A stretch of 64,000 nt of DNA from Candidatus Latescibacterota bacterium (lineage in GTDB: Bacteria > Latescibacterota > UBA2968), in assembly GCA_965116885.1 (NCBI GenBank), contig OZ220741.1, positions 3,936,001 to 4,000,000 on the forward strand, written 5' to 3'. Every line of letters starts with the position of its first letter. Position 1 is the first letter of the stretch. Below are positions 19,908-30,500 of the stretch, piece after piece. Position numbers and translations under genes: made by a program. Under the pieces are notes generated by a model. The model ran no database searches and was not told the origin of the DNA. It saw only the letters and a list, made by a program, of their open reading frames with translations.

Positions 19908-21581
19908 GTGATGCAAAAACTACCTGCCAATTTCATTTTTATTTTAAGCGATACACATCGTTACGACGCGATGTCATTTACAAACCCCTTGAAGGATCAT
20001 TTTGAAATTTATACGCCCAATATGGAGCGCATGGCGCAAGAAGGGGTTAGCTTTAAAAATTGTTATACGAATTTGCCCATCTGTTCGCCTGCAAGGGCGA
20101 TCTATCAAACGGGTCGATGGCCCTTTCAATGGGGCGGAATTGCAAATCACATGGATTTGAATGATCGAGTAGATGAAGAGAGTAATGAAAATAAGACGTT
20201 GGGATTTTTGTTTAAGAACGCGGGGTATTCAACTTTTCATGTTGGGAAATGGCATCAGGGTTTAGAGAACAATGCTCAAAATGCGGGATATGATGAATCG
20301 TATATATGGTCAAATGAGAGACATGACAGCATGATATATTGCCATAACGGCGGTGATTTTCAGGACCTGGATCCAGGGGATATTTTAGGAGATGGGAGCG
20401 ATATCCCATATACAGGCGTTTCGAAATGCGATACATTTTCTTTTCCAGCTTTCCCAAACCATCCGTATAAGATAATTGGTCAAACCGATCAAGCCCTCGC
20501 TTTACTGGACAGGCATGACATTGATGCGTCTCCTTTTTTTCTCACGCTTTGCATGCAAGATCCACACGGTCCATTTACGGGAACAGATAGCGCGCCGGAG
20601 TGGGGAGATTTTTCACATCGTTCTGACTATCCGGAATTGTATCGGCATGATGAAAATCATCCTGCAAAAGCCTTGAAACTCTATCAGAGCTACATAGACA
20701 ACCCCGTTTATATGCCATACGACCGCATCCGTAATGCGGTCAATAACTATGACTATTATGGCAGTATTACTGCGGTGGATGAGCAATTGGGGCGGGTTCT
20801 GGATTGGCTCGATAACCAGCCTGAAAGTGTTCGGGATAATACCATTGTCATCTATACGTCCGACCATGGTGCTATGGGTGGTGCCCAGAATGTTGCAGGA
20901 GGCCAAAAGAGATGGCCGCATGACCCTTCATCGAGAATACCGTTTCTCGTGCGCTGGCCTAAGGGTATTAAAAACCCCGGGCGGGAAGCGGATGAGCTAC
21001 TCTCATTCATTGATTTCTTTCCGACCTTTTGTCATTTGGCGGGATTAGACGAAATGTTGGCGGAAAAAAGTGATAAAGCGAGCCTGGAGTCTTTAGACTA
21101 TTTAAAAGCCTGTCCTGGTGTGAATCACAGTAGAAATATTATAGCAGAATCAGGCGGACCTGACCCCGATTCTGTATTTTTATTTCACTTTAGCAATATG
21201 AATTCAATATCGAGTCCTTGTCCTGTACATCGAACCGTTGTGACAAAGGACTGGGTCTATAGTGTCAAGGGAAAAACGCGCCTGGGGGGAAAACCGAATT
21301 GGACAGTGTGGGACGAACCCGGCGGTTGGCTGTACGACCGAGACAAAGATCCGTTTCAGATGGACAATTTGTTTTTTGATGAAAATTTTGAAGCCACTCG
21401 TACAGAGCTTCATTCTGTATTAAAAAACTGGATGAAAGAAGCAGAACTCCCATTTAGAAAAAGGTGGTTTGAGAAAACGACCCGCAAAAATATCGAAGCG
21501 TGGTCATCTGAATGTGGTATTCTCTCTGGAGACGAAAAAGCGATGAGAGCACAGGGCCAATCGTATGTCATGAATTTATGA
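19908..21581 (+). CDS. Sulfatase (Cys type), AT-richer than neighbours
   Basis: NFIFILSDTH, CSPARA, GKWH, DPHGP, SDHG; start 19908 or 19911. Confidence 0.9.
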   Translation: MMQKLPANFIFILSDTHRYDAMSFTNPLKDHFEIYTPNMERMAQEGVSFKNCYTNLPICSPARAIYQTGRWPFQWGGIANHMDLNDRVDEESNENKTLGFLFKNAGYSTFHVGKWHQGLENNAQNAGYDESYIWSNERHDSMIYCHNGGDFQDLDPGDILGDGSDIPYTGVSKCDTFSFPAFPNHPYKIIGQTDQALALLDRHDIDASPFFLTLCMQDPHGPFTGTDSAPEWGDFSHRSDYPELYRHDENHPAKALKLYQSYIDNPVYMPYDRIRNAVNNYDYYGSITAVDEQLGRVLDWLDNQPESVRDNTIVIYTSDHGAMGGAQNVAGGQKRWPHDPSSRIPFLVRWPKGIKNPGREADELLSFIDFFPTFCHLAGLDEMLAEKSDKASLESLDYLKACPGVNHSRNIIAESGGPDPDSVFLFHFSNMNSISSPCPVHRTVVTKDWVYSVKGKTRLGGKPNWTVWDEPGGWLYDRDKDPFQMDNLFFDENFEATRTELHSVLKNWMKEAELPFRKRWFEKTTRKNIEAWSSECGILSGDEKAMRAQGQSYVMNL

Positions 21582-21623
21582 AAGCGATGTTCCTGTAATT
21601 TTTTTAAGCTGATTTCCCTTGAT

Positions 21624-21677
21624 AAAGAAACGATCGCTTCATAGAAATCTTGACAAAGAAACGACCGTTTCTTTAAT
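21624..21677 (+). promoter_or_regulatory. sigma70-type promoter of fic overlapped by a palindromic operator, plus a second upstream operator copy
   Basis: TTGACA 21650-21655; AAAGAAACG-AC-CGTTTCTTT 21655-21674; degenerate copy AAAGAAACG-AT-CGCTTCATA 21624-21643. Confidence 0.7.
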
Positions 21678-21707
21678 TCTGGATCAGGAAAGGAGTGTTT
21701 CTCAGAC

Positions 21708-22865
21708 ATGATTCGCCAGACAGGTCAATACCGCATTACCAGCACTCTCGGAGAGAAGGTTCGCGCGTTTGTTCCTTATCCGCTACCTCCTGCCGATCCA
21801 CCGCTGGTGATAGATGACCTGACAGCCGAACTCCTTACAAACGCGCAGACAGAATTGGCACGTCTTGCAGTGGCGGGTTCTATGGTGCCGAGCACTGGTT
21901 GGTTCCTGTATGGCTTCGTTTGGAAGGAAGCGGTCATTACCTCGCAGATAGAAGGGACGCAAGCCACTCTCCGCGATGTTCTCACTTTCGAAGCCACGGA
22001 TCAGACAGATCGTCTGGACGATGTTCGAGAGGTCTGCAACTATGTGGATGCCCTCGTACACGCCCGAGGACAACTTTCAGACCCTCAGGGGCTGCCGCTG
22101 AGTATCCGTCTGCTATGCGATACCCATCGCATTCTGATGCGCGGCGTTCGTGGCGAGAACAAACAGCCCGGTGAAGTCCGCCGATCGCAAAACTGGATTG
22201 GCGGTAGCAGACCTGGCAACGCTCGCTTCGTTCCGCCACCGCCCGAGGAGGTTTCCACCGCGCTTGGAGCACTGGAGCAGTGGTTGCATGAAGATAGTGA
22301 ACTCCCCCCGCTGATTCGGATTGGGTTTGCACATGTGCAGTTCGAGACAATCCATCCATTCCTTGATGGCAATGGCCGCATCGGACGGTTGCTGATTGCA
22401 CTGCTGGTGGAACACTGGGATCTGCTCGAACAGCCGCTACTCTATCTCAGCCTGGCGTTCAAGCGTGCGCAGCAGGAATACTACGCGCGGCTTGCGGCCG
22501 TGCGTAGCAACGGTGATTGGGAAGGCTGGACCAGGTTTTTCCTTGGGTGCGTGCGCGAGGCCGCTGCCGACGGTGTTCGTGTCGCGCAGTCGCTCCATGC
22601 CCTTGTTGGGCGTGACCGCAGTCGCATCATCGCCCACGACCGATCGACTGTTGCCGCTATTCAGTTGCTCGAGCGCCTGCCGTTCAATCCAATCGTCACC
22701 GTTCCCAAAGCGTCGGGACTGCTCGGCTTGACCGCACCACCGACGCGCAAGGCAATTGAACTGCTGGAAAGCCTCGGTGTGCTACGCGAGATCACTGGCA
22801 AGCGGCGTGATCGTGTGTACGCCTATCACGAATACCTACAAATTCTGACGGGTGGCGAGGCGTGA
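21708..22865 (+). CDS. Fic family protein (class II) with C-terminal winged HTH
   Basis: HPFLDGNGRIGR Fic motif; N-terminal TSQIEG inhibitory motif; C-terminal LESLGVLREITGKRRDRVYAY. Confidence 0.93.
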   Translation: MIRQTGQYRITSTLGEKVRAFVPYPLPPADPPLVIDDLTAELLTNAQTELARLAVAGSMVPSTGWFLYGFVWKEAVITSQIEGTQATLRDVLTFEATDQTDRLDDVREVCNYVDALVHARGQLSDPQGLPLSIRLLCDTHRILMRGVRGENKQPGEVRRSQNWIGGSRPGNARFVPPPPEEVSTALGALEQWLHEDSELPPLIRIGFAHVQFETIHPFLDGNGRIGRLLIALLVEHWDLLEQPLLYLSLAFKRAQQEYYARLAAVRSNGDWEGWTRFFLGCVREAAADGVRVAQSLHALVGRDRSRIIAHDRSTVAAIQLLERLPFNPIVTVPKASGLLGLTAPPTRKAIELLESLGVLREITGKRRDRVYAYHEYLQILTGGEA

Positions 22866-22870
22866 TCCAG

Positions 22871-22918
22871 GATACTCCGGAAAGGCTGTGTAGCGATATG
22901 AATTACGACTACATCATT
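22871..22918 (+). repeat. Right copy of the 48-bp direct repeat; live start of the GMC gene
   Basis: gatactccggaaaggctgtgtagcgatatgaattacgactacatcatt; matches 396-443. Confidence 0.85.
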
Positions 22919-24466
22919 GTTGGTGCGGGATCGGCAGGATGTGCTGTTGCTGGTCGTTTGAGTGAAAGTGGGCAGTATCGCGTTTTATTGTTGGAAGCCG
23001 GTGGACCGGATGATCGGGACGCGATTCACATTCCAGCGCGATTTCCAGACCTGTTTCATACAGATAAAGATTGGGATTATGAAACCACGCCGCAAGTCGG
23101 GTTTAATGGGCGACGGGATTACGTGCCGCGCGGCAAAATGTACGGCGGTTCGAGTTCTATCAATGCGATGGTCTATCAGCGAGGTCATCCGAGCGATTAC
23201 GATCAGTGGGCTGCGATGGGGAATGACGGCTGGGCGTATGTCGATGTGTTGCCCTATTTCAAGAAGATGCAGCACCAGACGCGGGGAGGCTCTGAATATC
23301 ATGGGACAGGAGGCCCGATTCATGTATCAGATCCTCGGGATCCAAATCCACTGAGTGTGGCATTTGTCAAAGCGGCTCAGCAGGTGGGATTCCGGCTGAA
23401 TCGAGACTTCAATGATGGGGATCAGGAAGGGTTTGGCCTGTACCAGGTTACACAGAAGGAAGGCCAGAGGTGCAGCGCGGCGGTGGGATATTTGTATCCG
23501 GCATTGGAGCGAGACAACTTCAGCGCGATTCCGTACGCTCACGTTACACACCTTGAATTTGATGGCAAAAGGTGTGTTGGCGTTCATTATATGCACGAAG
23601 GGCAAGTGCAGGAGGTTGAGGCTGGTAGAGAAGTGGTACTTTGTGGCGGGGCAATCAATTCTCCTCAGTTGCTGATGCTGTCGGGCATTGGTCCGTCAGA
23701 ACATCTCAATGAACTGGGTATTCCGGTTGTTAAGGCATTGCCGGGTGTGGGACAAAATTTGATGGAGCACGTTCAAGTCGGGATGGCGTATGCCTGTACT
23801 GAGGAGATTGCGCAGGCTGGCAAAGACAATCCTGAGCAAGCAATCAGATATCAGAACGAAAGAATGGGATTGCTCACTTCCAATTTGGGGGAAGCGGGAG
23901 GGTTCGTGAAATTGTCTGCCGATGCGTCTGCACCAGAATTGCAATTTCATTTTGGACCTGATTGGTTTGTTTTGCACGGGTCTCAAGAGATGGAAGGACA
24001 TGGATTCACAATTCTACCGGGGCTGGTGGGCACAAAAAGCGTGGGAGACCTTAAGCTGCGTTCGGCAGATCCGTTTGAAGCACCATTGATCGATCCCCAA
24101 TGCCTGGTTGAGGAGGCCGATATGCATGTGATGCTGGAAGGTGTTAAACTGGCGCGAGAAATTGTACGGGCACCGGCTTTTGACCGATATCGTGGACAAG
24201 AGTTCTTCCCGGGGAATGATGTGCAGGGTGATCGTGCACTGATTGACTTTATTCGCAATTATTCAACGACTATTTACCATCCAGTGGGTACATGTAAGAT
24301 GGGCAACGATGATATGGCTGTGGTGAACAATCGACTTCAGGTACACGGAATTGAGGGGTTGCGCGTAGCAGATGCTTCGATTATGCCATTCATTATCAAT
24401 GCAAATACCAATGCGCCGTGTATGATGATCGGGGAGAAAGCCGCAGATATGATTCTGGGTGGCTAA
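22898..24466 (+). CDS. GMC oxidoreductase (choline dehydrogenase-like)
   Basis: YDYIIVGAGSAG, GGSSSINAMVYQRG, GAINSPQLLMLSGIG, YHPVGTCKMG, NTNAP. Confidence 0.94.
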   Translation: MNYDYIIVGAGSAGCAVAGRLSESGQYRVLLLEAGGPDDRDAIHIPARFPDLFHTDKDWDYETTPQVGFNGRRDYVPRGKMYGGSSSINAMVYQRGHPSDYDQWAAMGNDGWAYVDVLPYFKKMQHQTRGGSEYHGTGGPIHVSDPRDPNPLSVAFVKAAQQVGFRLNRDFNDGDQEGFGLYQVTQKEGQRCSAAVGYLYPALERDNFSAIPYAHVTHLEFDGKRCVGVHYMHEGQVQEVEAGREVVLCGGAINSPQLLMLSGIGPSEHLNELGIPVVKALPGVGQNLMEHVQVGMAYACTEEIAQAGKDNPEQAIRYQNERMGLLTSNLGEAGGFVKLSADASAPELQFHFGPDWFVLHGSQEMEGHGFTILPGLVGTKSVGDLKLRSADPFEAPLIDPQCLVEEADMHVMLEGVKLAREIVRAPAFDRYRGQEFFPGNDVQGDRALIDFIRNYSTTIYHPVGTCKMGNDDMAVVNNRLQVHGIEGLRVADASIMPFIINANTNAPCMMIGEKAADMILGG

Positions 24467-24498
24467 AAATTGGCTACACACTTTGGAAAGGATCCTGT

Positions 24499-25989
24499 AT
24501 GGTAGAGAAACCCAATGTAATCGTAATTTTTACAGATGATCAGGGATATGGCGACGCGAGTTGTCTGAATCCAGATGCGAAGTTTCAGACGCCAAATCTG
24601 GATCGGTTGGCAGCAGAAGGAATCGCTTTTACCAATGGGCATTGCTCAGATACGGTTTGCACGCCTTCGCGTTATGGATTGCTGACTGGACGCTATTCCT
24701 GGCGGACGTTGAAGAAACAGGGCGTTTTTCCAGCTGAGGTGCCGTGTCTGATTACAGACGAACGCATGACGCTGGCTTCAATGTTTCGGGCAAATGGATA
24801 TGATACGGCGATGGTAGGCAAGTGGCACCTGGGTATGAATTTCCCTGGCGAGGTGGGCAATCGCGATTGGCGTCAGCCTGTTACCGATATGCCGCTGGAT
24901 AAGGGATTTGATTATTTCTATGGCATACCCGCTTCGCTCAATTACGGAATTCTCGCCTGGTTTGAAGGGCGATATGCCCAAGTACCGCCGACAGTTTATA
25001 CGGCTAAGAAACCCAATAACCGGCATGTGGATTATCGCATCATGCCGCCGTATGAGAACACGCCAGAAGAAACGCTTGAAGCATTGGGCACAATGGGGAT
25101 GGAGGTTGCGCCTGATTTTATTGACAATGAGTGTTTGACGCGGTTTACCGATAAGGCGATTGCGTGGATGCAGGGCAAAGAAGCAAGTGCCAAAAGTGGT
25201 ACGCCGTTTTTTTTATACCTGCCATTTACATCACCGCACTATCCCGTATGCCCGCGTGAGGAATTCTGGAATCAGGGCGATTGCGGTGGCTATGGTGAGT
25301 TCGTGATTGAGACAGATCACCATGTAGGGCGCGTGCTGGATTATCTGGAACAGTCGGGGTTGGATGACAATACGATTGTTGTATATACCAGTGATAATGG
25401 CCCTGAGAATTCGTGGCGTGGGCGGATTGACGAATTTGGTCATCATAGCAATGGTATTTATCGCGGAGGTAAAAGGGATATTTATGAGGGTGGACATCGC
25501 GTGCCATTTTTTCTGCGTTGGCCCAAAGGCATTCAGAATCCCGGGCGCAAATGCGATGATCTGGTAGGCCTGGTCGATTTGATGGCGACTTTTGCTGAGG
25601 TTGTGGGGGCGGAGTTGCCTGCTGATGCGGGCGAAGATAGCCAGAGTTTTGCGAAGATACTCAGTGATCCTGACACACCCCTTGAACGATTGCCTTTGAT
25701 TAACCACGGTGCTGGGGGACGGTTTGCGATTACAGAAGGCACGTGGAAGCTGATTATGGCGCACAAGAATGAGCCGCTGGAGCTTTACGATCTCGCGAAT
25801 GATCCCGGTGAGACAAAAAACGCGATTGGCGATCACCCTGAGATGGTAGCAGACCTGACCGATAAAATTACAAGCATTGTGTGCAACGGGCGTACGACCC
25901 CTGGTGAGAATCAGGCGAATGATACCGATTACTGGGATGATTTGACGTGGATTTCATCTGAGGATTATCAGGAAAGGCAACTAAGATGA
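24499..25989 (+). CDS. Arylsulfatase-family sulfatase
   Basis: PNVIVIFTDDQGYGD, CTPSRYGLLTG, GKWHLG, SDNG, GGKRDIYEGGHRVP. Confidence 0.94.
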   Translation: MVEKPNVIVIFTDDQGYGDASCLNPDAKFQTPNLDRLAAEGIAFTNGHCSDTVCTPSRYGLLTGRYSWRTLKKQGVFPAEVPCLITDERMTLASMFRANGYDTAMVGKWHLGMNFPGEVGNRDWRQPVTDMPLDKGFDYFYGIPASLNYGILAWFEGRYAQVPPTVYTAKKPNNRHVDYRIMPPYENTPEETLEALGTMGMEVAPDFIDNECLTRFTDKAIAWMQGKEASAKSGTPFFLYLPFTSPHYPVCPREEFWNQGDCGGYGEFVIETDHHVGRVLDYLEQSGLDDNTIVVYTSDNGPENSWRGRIDEFGHHSNGIYRGGKRDIYEGGHRVPFFLRWPKGIQNPGRKCDDLVGLVDLMATFAEVVGAELPADAGEDSQSFAKILSDPDTPLERLPLINHGAGGRFAITEGTWKLIMAHKNEPLELYDLANDPGETKNAIGDHPEMVADLTDKITSIVCNGRTTPGENQANDTDYWDDLTWISSEDYQERQLR

Positions 25990-27527
25990 GGAATTCTCAA
26001 CAAATACCGGATCAGCGTTCTAATATTCTGATTATATGCAGCGATCAGCATCATCCGGCAATGGTGGGGTATCGGCAGTACCCATTTGTCGAGACGCCCA
26101 ATCTGGATCGCCTGGGACGCGAAGGCACACACTTTACGAGAGCGTATGCCAATTGTGCGGTGTGCGGTCCCAGTCGCATGAGTTTTATGACGGGGAAGTA
26201 CGTTCACCAGATTGATAGCTGGTCGAATGGCGTGCCTTTGTCCGAGGAAGAAAAACAAAAAACCTGGGCAGCGCGGCTGGATCAGAATGGTATCGAATCG
26301 ACTTGTATAGGCAAAATCGACTCCGCTGGTACTGTTGACGATCACAATCCGGGATTTACGCATTTTGACGAACCCCTTCACCGAACGGCGTGGGACCCCT
26401 ATCCGAGAGAATTGCCTTTTGTCACGCGCCTTCCGGGATATACACGGCCAGCCAGTCGGCGATTTTTGCTCGAAGCGGGTGGGGGAGATGTCGCAAAGAT
26501 TGATGACCGGCAGGAGTTGGGATTCTATGGTCACGACCGCGAGGTGACGGATAAGACGCTGGCGTATTTGCGGGAAAAGGGGCAGGCTAAATCGGATTCG
26601 CCCTGGGTGCTTTATGTCGGCTATCTGTATCCCCATTGGCCGTATCGCGTACCTCAGAAATATTTCGATATGTACTATCCCGATCGCGTTTTGATGCCTC
26701 ACGATGCACAGTTCCCAAATCGCGATATTCACCCCGCGATGCAGGAGTGGCAAGCTTCCAATGTTTTTGGGGAAGTGACAGAGGATATGCTGCGCCGGAC
26801 GATTGCCGCTTATTACGGTATGATCACCTGTATGGATGATATGATCGGCGAGATTCTCGATGAGTTGCAGGACCAGGGGCTGTATGAAAATACATACATC
26901 ATCTATACATCAGATCATGGAGAATCCATGGGTGAACACGGGCTTTTTTTTAAGCATTGTTCTTATGAGGGGGCTATTGGGGTTCCCCTTGTGATTAAGG
27001 GGCCGGATATTCCTGAGGGAGAGGTCGATATCGACACGCCCGTTTCTCTAATTGATCTCTATCCCACCATTTTGGACATGGCGGGTGTGGATCCCGAACC
27101 CGGTCTGCCCGGCACAAGCTGGTTGCCACTTGTGAGGGGAGAACCACATAAACGGTCTGAGCGCGTTTTTGCAGAATGGCATGGTCCGCAACTTCGAGGC
27201 GCGTATTACATGATTGTGCGGGGCGATTACAAATACACCTGGTATGAATTTCATCCGCCCTCGTTATTCAATGTGAAGGAAGACCCAAAGGAAGAACGCG
27301 ATCTCGCATCGGATATTGAACAGGCTGACAGGCTCAGGGCATTCGAAGATGAGCTGCGTTCCATAGTCGATCCAAAGGCGACGGCTCTGCGTGCCAAGCG
27401 AGATTTGGGACTGATCGCGCCAGATGGCACGGATATGACTGATAGCCTGATACCCTGGGCGGGATTTGAAGACGGGACACTTGAGAAAATTCAGCGTGCC
27501 GACAGTGCGCGGCATAGGCGGTTATAA
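25986..27527 (+). CDS. Sulfatase, choline-sulfatase-like
   Basis: NILIICSDQH, CGPSRMSFMTG, YPHWPY, SDHGE, FFKHCSYE; ATGA overlap with the previous gene. Confidence 0.92.
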   Translation: MRNSQQIPDQRSNILIICSDQHHPAMVGYRQYPFVETPNLDRLGREGTHFTRAYANCAVCGPSRMSFMTGKYVHQIDSWSNGVPLSEEEKQKTWAARLDQNGIESTCIGKIDSAGTVDDHNPGFTHFDEPLHRTAWDPYPRELPFVTRLPGYTRPASRRFLLEAGGGDVAKIDDRQELGFYGHDREVTDKTLAYLREKGQAKSDSPWVLYVGYLYPHWPYRVPQKYFDMYYPDRVLMPHDAQFPNRDIHPAMQEWQASNVFGEVTEDMLRRTIAAYYGMITCMDDMIGEILDELQDQGLYENTYIIYTSDHGESMGEHGLFFKHCSYEGAIGVPLVIKGPDIPEGEVDIDTPVSLIDLYPTILDMAGVDPEPGLPGTSWLPLVRGEPHKRSERVFAEWHGPQLRGAYYMIVRGDYKYTWYEFHPPSLFNVKEDPKEERDLASDIEQADRLRAFEDELRSIVDPKATALRAKRDLGLIAPDGTDMTDSLIPWAGFEDGTLEKIQRADSARHRRL

Positions 27528-27539
27528 TGGAGAAAAGAT

Positions 27540-30500
27540 ATGACACCTGTAAATAATTCATTGCCCTTTAGATTGAGTGTGGGATCTGAATTAAAAGCTG
27601 CGACTTTGACTTATTCGCAGACTGTTCGCGATGAGCCGGGACTTTTGGCTTATTGGCGAGTGGGAGAGACTCAGGACGCGGATGCCGGTAGAGAGAGTTC
27701 GTATGTGGCTTTGGGAATTGTGCCACATTTGGATGAAGATCCACTGGGCGATGCATCTGTTGAATTCTTTTTTCAGGTTGTTTCCGATGAACAGTTGGAC
27801 TACGAACCCTGTCTTATTTCGCATCAGATATCCCACGGTGAACAGACGCGATTCGCGTTTCATGTGACGCGTGATTTGACGGCGCTCCGATTTCTCAACG
27901 GTACAACAAATACGCTGATTTTCCCGCCCGATGGGCCGATAAAAGTGGGGCAGTGGTATCATTTTTTGGCTACGAGCAAGCCTCGGCAGGAATTTCGCGC
28001 TTATATCGATGGCGTCGAATGCTTTTTGGATATGGGTTCTCTGGCGTTTGGCGTGCGGCAGCAAGCTCGTCCGATACAGATTGGTGCGTCCAGCGAAAGC
28101 GGTGAGGACAGGGCTGTAAATTGCGCGATAGATGAGGTGGCCATATACAATGTGGCTCTGACCCCATTGGATATCGCGCGACACGTTGATGCGGCTGGTC
28201 GAGAATCGCTCCGAAAGCGAGTGGTGCATGATCGGGAACAACGGGAGGACGAAGATAGCGAGGTGGCATCAGAGACGCTTAGAGCGCGTCTAAACGATTC
28301 CGCTTTGTTCGATCCCGGCGAGACAAAAGTCTATGAAGGGCAATATCTGGATGCGATTTCTGTGCCGGTGGGGGGTATTGGTGCGGGTTTGATTCAGGTG
28401 AATGGCAAGGCAGAGCGGTCGGTATGGCAAATATTTAACAATTTTGAGCATGTTGAAGTGCCCAATAGCTTTTTTGCCGTGTGGGCGAGGCCCCGGGGAA
28501 AAGAACCTGTGGTCAGGGCGTTGCAGACTTCGGATGTTGGGGGATTTCCCGCGATGGATCGTTTGAGATTCAGAGGGGAATACCCGTTTGGATGGTTTGA
28601 GTTCGCAGATGCCGATTTTCCCCTTCGGGTCGAAATGGAGGTTTTTAATCCGCTGATTCCCCTCGATGTGAAATGTTCGAGCATTCCGTGTGGGATTTTC
28701 AATCTGACGGCGAGCAATGAGGGCGATTCTCCTGTGGAAGTCAGCTTTCTGGCTACGCAACAAAACGCGATTGGCATCGCGGGAGATAGCCCTAATGGGG
28801 GTTATGGCGGCAATGTCAACCGGGTGATTCGAGAGGATGATGCGACTTTGATTCACATGACGCACCTGTCGTCACCGGATGAAGATATGGTGCTGTCGGC
28901 ACAGGTGGAAAATGCCTGTGCGACAGCTTCGTGGACCGGCTTGCGCGATTTGCATGAAGCGTTTTCGCGAGATGGTGAGCTGAAATATGTCGAATCAGCG
29001 GGTCCGTCCCCTACAGGCGAAACGGTCGATTGCGCGCTGGCTACGCCATTTGTGCTTCGACCAGGGGAAAAACGTACTATTACCTTTGTTCTTACCTGGT
29101 ATTTCCCCAACACCGACCATGGTACGCGTATATGGGTGAAACACGGCAATATGTATTCAAACTGGTGGACTGACGCGCTGGATGTTTATGCGGATCTCAA
29201 AGCCAATCTCGATGATTTGACACAACAGACGCGGTGCTTTCACGACACGCTCTATGCGTCTAATCTCCCACACTGGTTGCTCGACCGAATAAGTTCACAG
29301 GTTGCCGTGTTGAGAACCAGGACGTGTTTTTGGGCAAAAGATGGGTATTTTGGAGCCAATGAAGGTTGTGCACCAACTTCGGGCTGTTGCCTGGGGAATT
29401 GCAGCCATGTGTGGCACTATGCACAGGCGCATGCGCGTCTTTTTCCCGATATCGCGCGGAGAATGCGCGAGCAGACGTTTGCACTTCAGCAGGAAGATGG
29501 GGGATTGCCTTTTCGCCATAGTGATCGCCATTTTGAAACACAAGGTCCGGCAATTGATGGGATGCTCGGCGATATTTTGAGTACGTATCGCGAGTATCTG
29601 TGTAGCTCAGATCAACAGTGGTTGCACGCGCATTGGCCCAGCGCGCAAAAGGCGATGGATTTTGTGATTGCGCGGTGGGATTCAGATGAAGATGGCTTGC
29701 TATCGGGTTCGCAACACAATACGCTCGATGGTGAACTGTCGGGGTCAACATCGTGGATGGGGACGCTTTATCTGTCGGCTCTTGCGGCGTGTGAAAAGAT
29801 GGCGGTATTGGAAAATGATGCACAGTCCGCTGACCGATATCGCAGGTTGCGCGAAAAGGGAACGCGAAACCAGAATCAGACGCTCTGGAATGGCGAGTAT
29901 TACGTGCAGAGTCCCGACGAGGATGCCCATGAAGACTACGGAGATGGTTGCCATATCGATCAGGTGCTGGGTGAGTGGTGGGCACCGCTGGTGAATTTGC
30001 CGGGGCACTATCCCGAGGAAAATGTCCGTTCGGCACTGCGGTCTCTTTTGCAGTACAATTTCAAGCATCATTTTCGGACGACGACACAGAGGCCGAGAAA
30101 ATTTGTCGATAATGACGATGCAGCTATGAAGATGATTTCCTGGCCAAAAGGTCCTCAGCCATTCCGCAGTATGAAATACGGCGACGAGGCGATGACGGGT
30201 TTTGAATATGGCGCTGCTGCAACGATGGTTCAGTTTGGCATGCTCAGAGAGGGGTTGATGGTTGCTCGGGCTGTTTACGATCGCTACGATGGCAAGCTGC
30301 GCGATCAGTTGACGGAGATGAATACGGCGTCATGGGGGTATAGCGGAAATCCGTTTGGCGATGATGAGTGCGGCAAATTTTATGCACGGGCGATGAGTGT
30401 GTGGTCAGTGTTGCTCGCTTGCCAGGGTTTTGTCTATGAAGGTCCCAAAGCGCGAATTGGCTTTGCACCTGTTTGGAAACCCGATGATCACGTATCCTTT

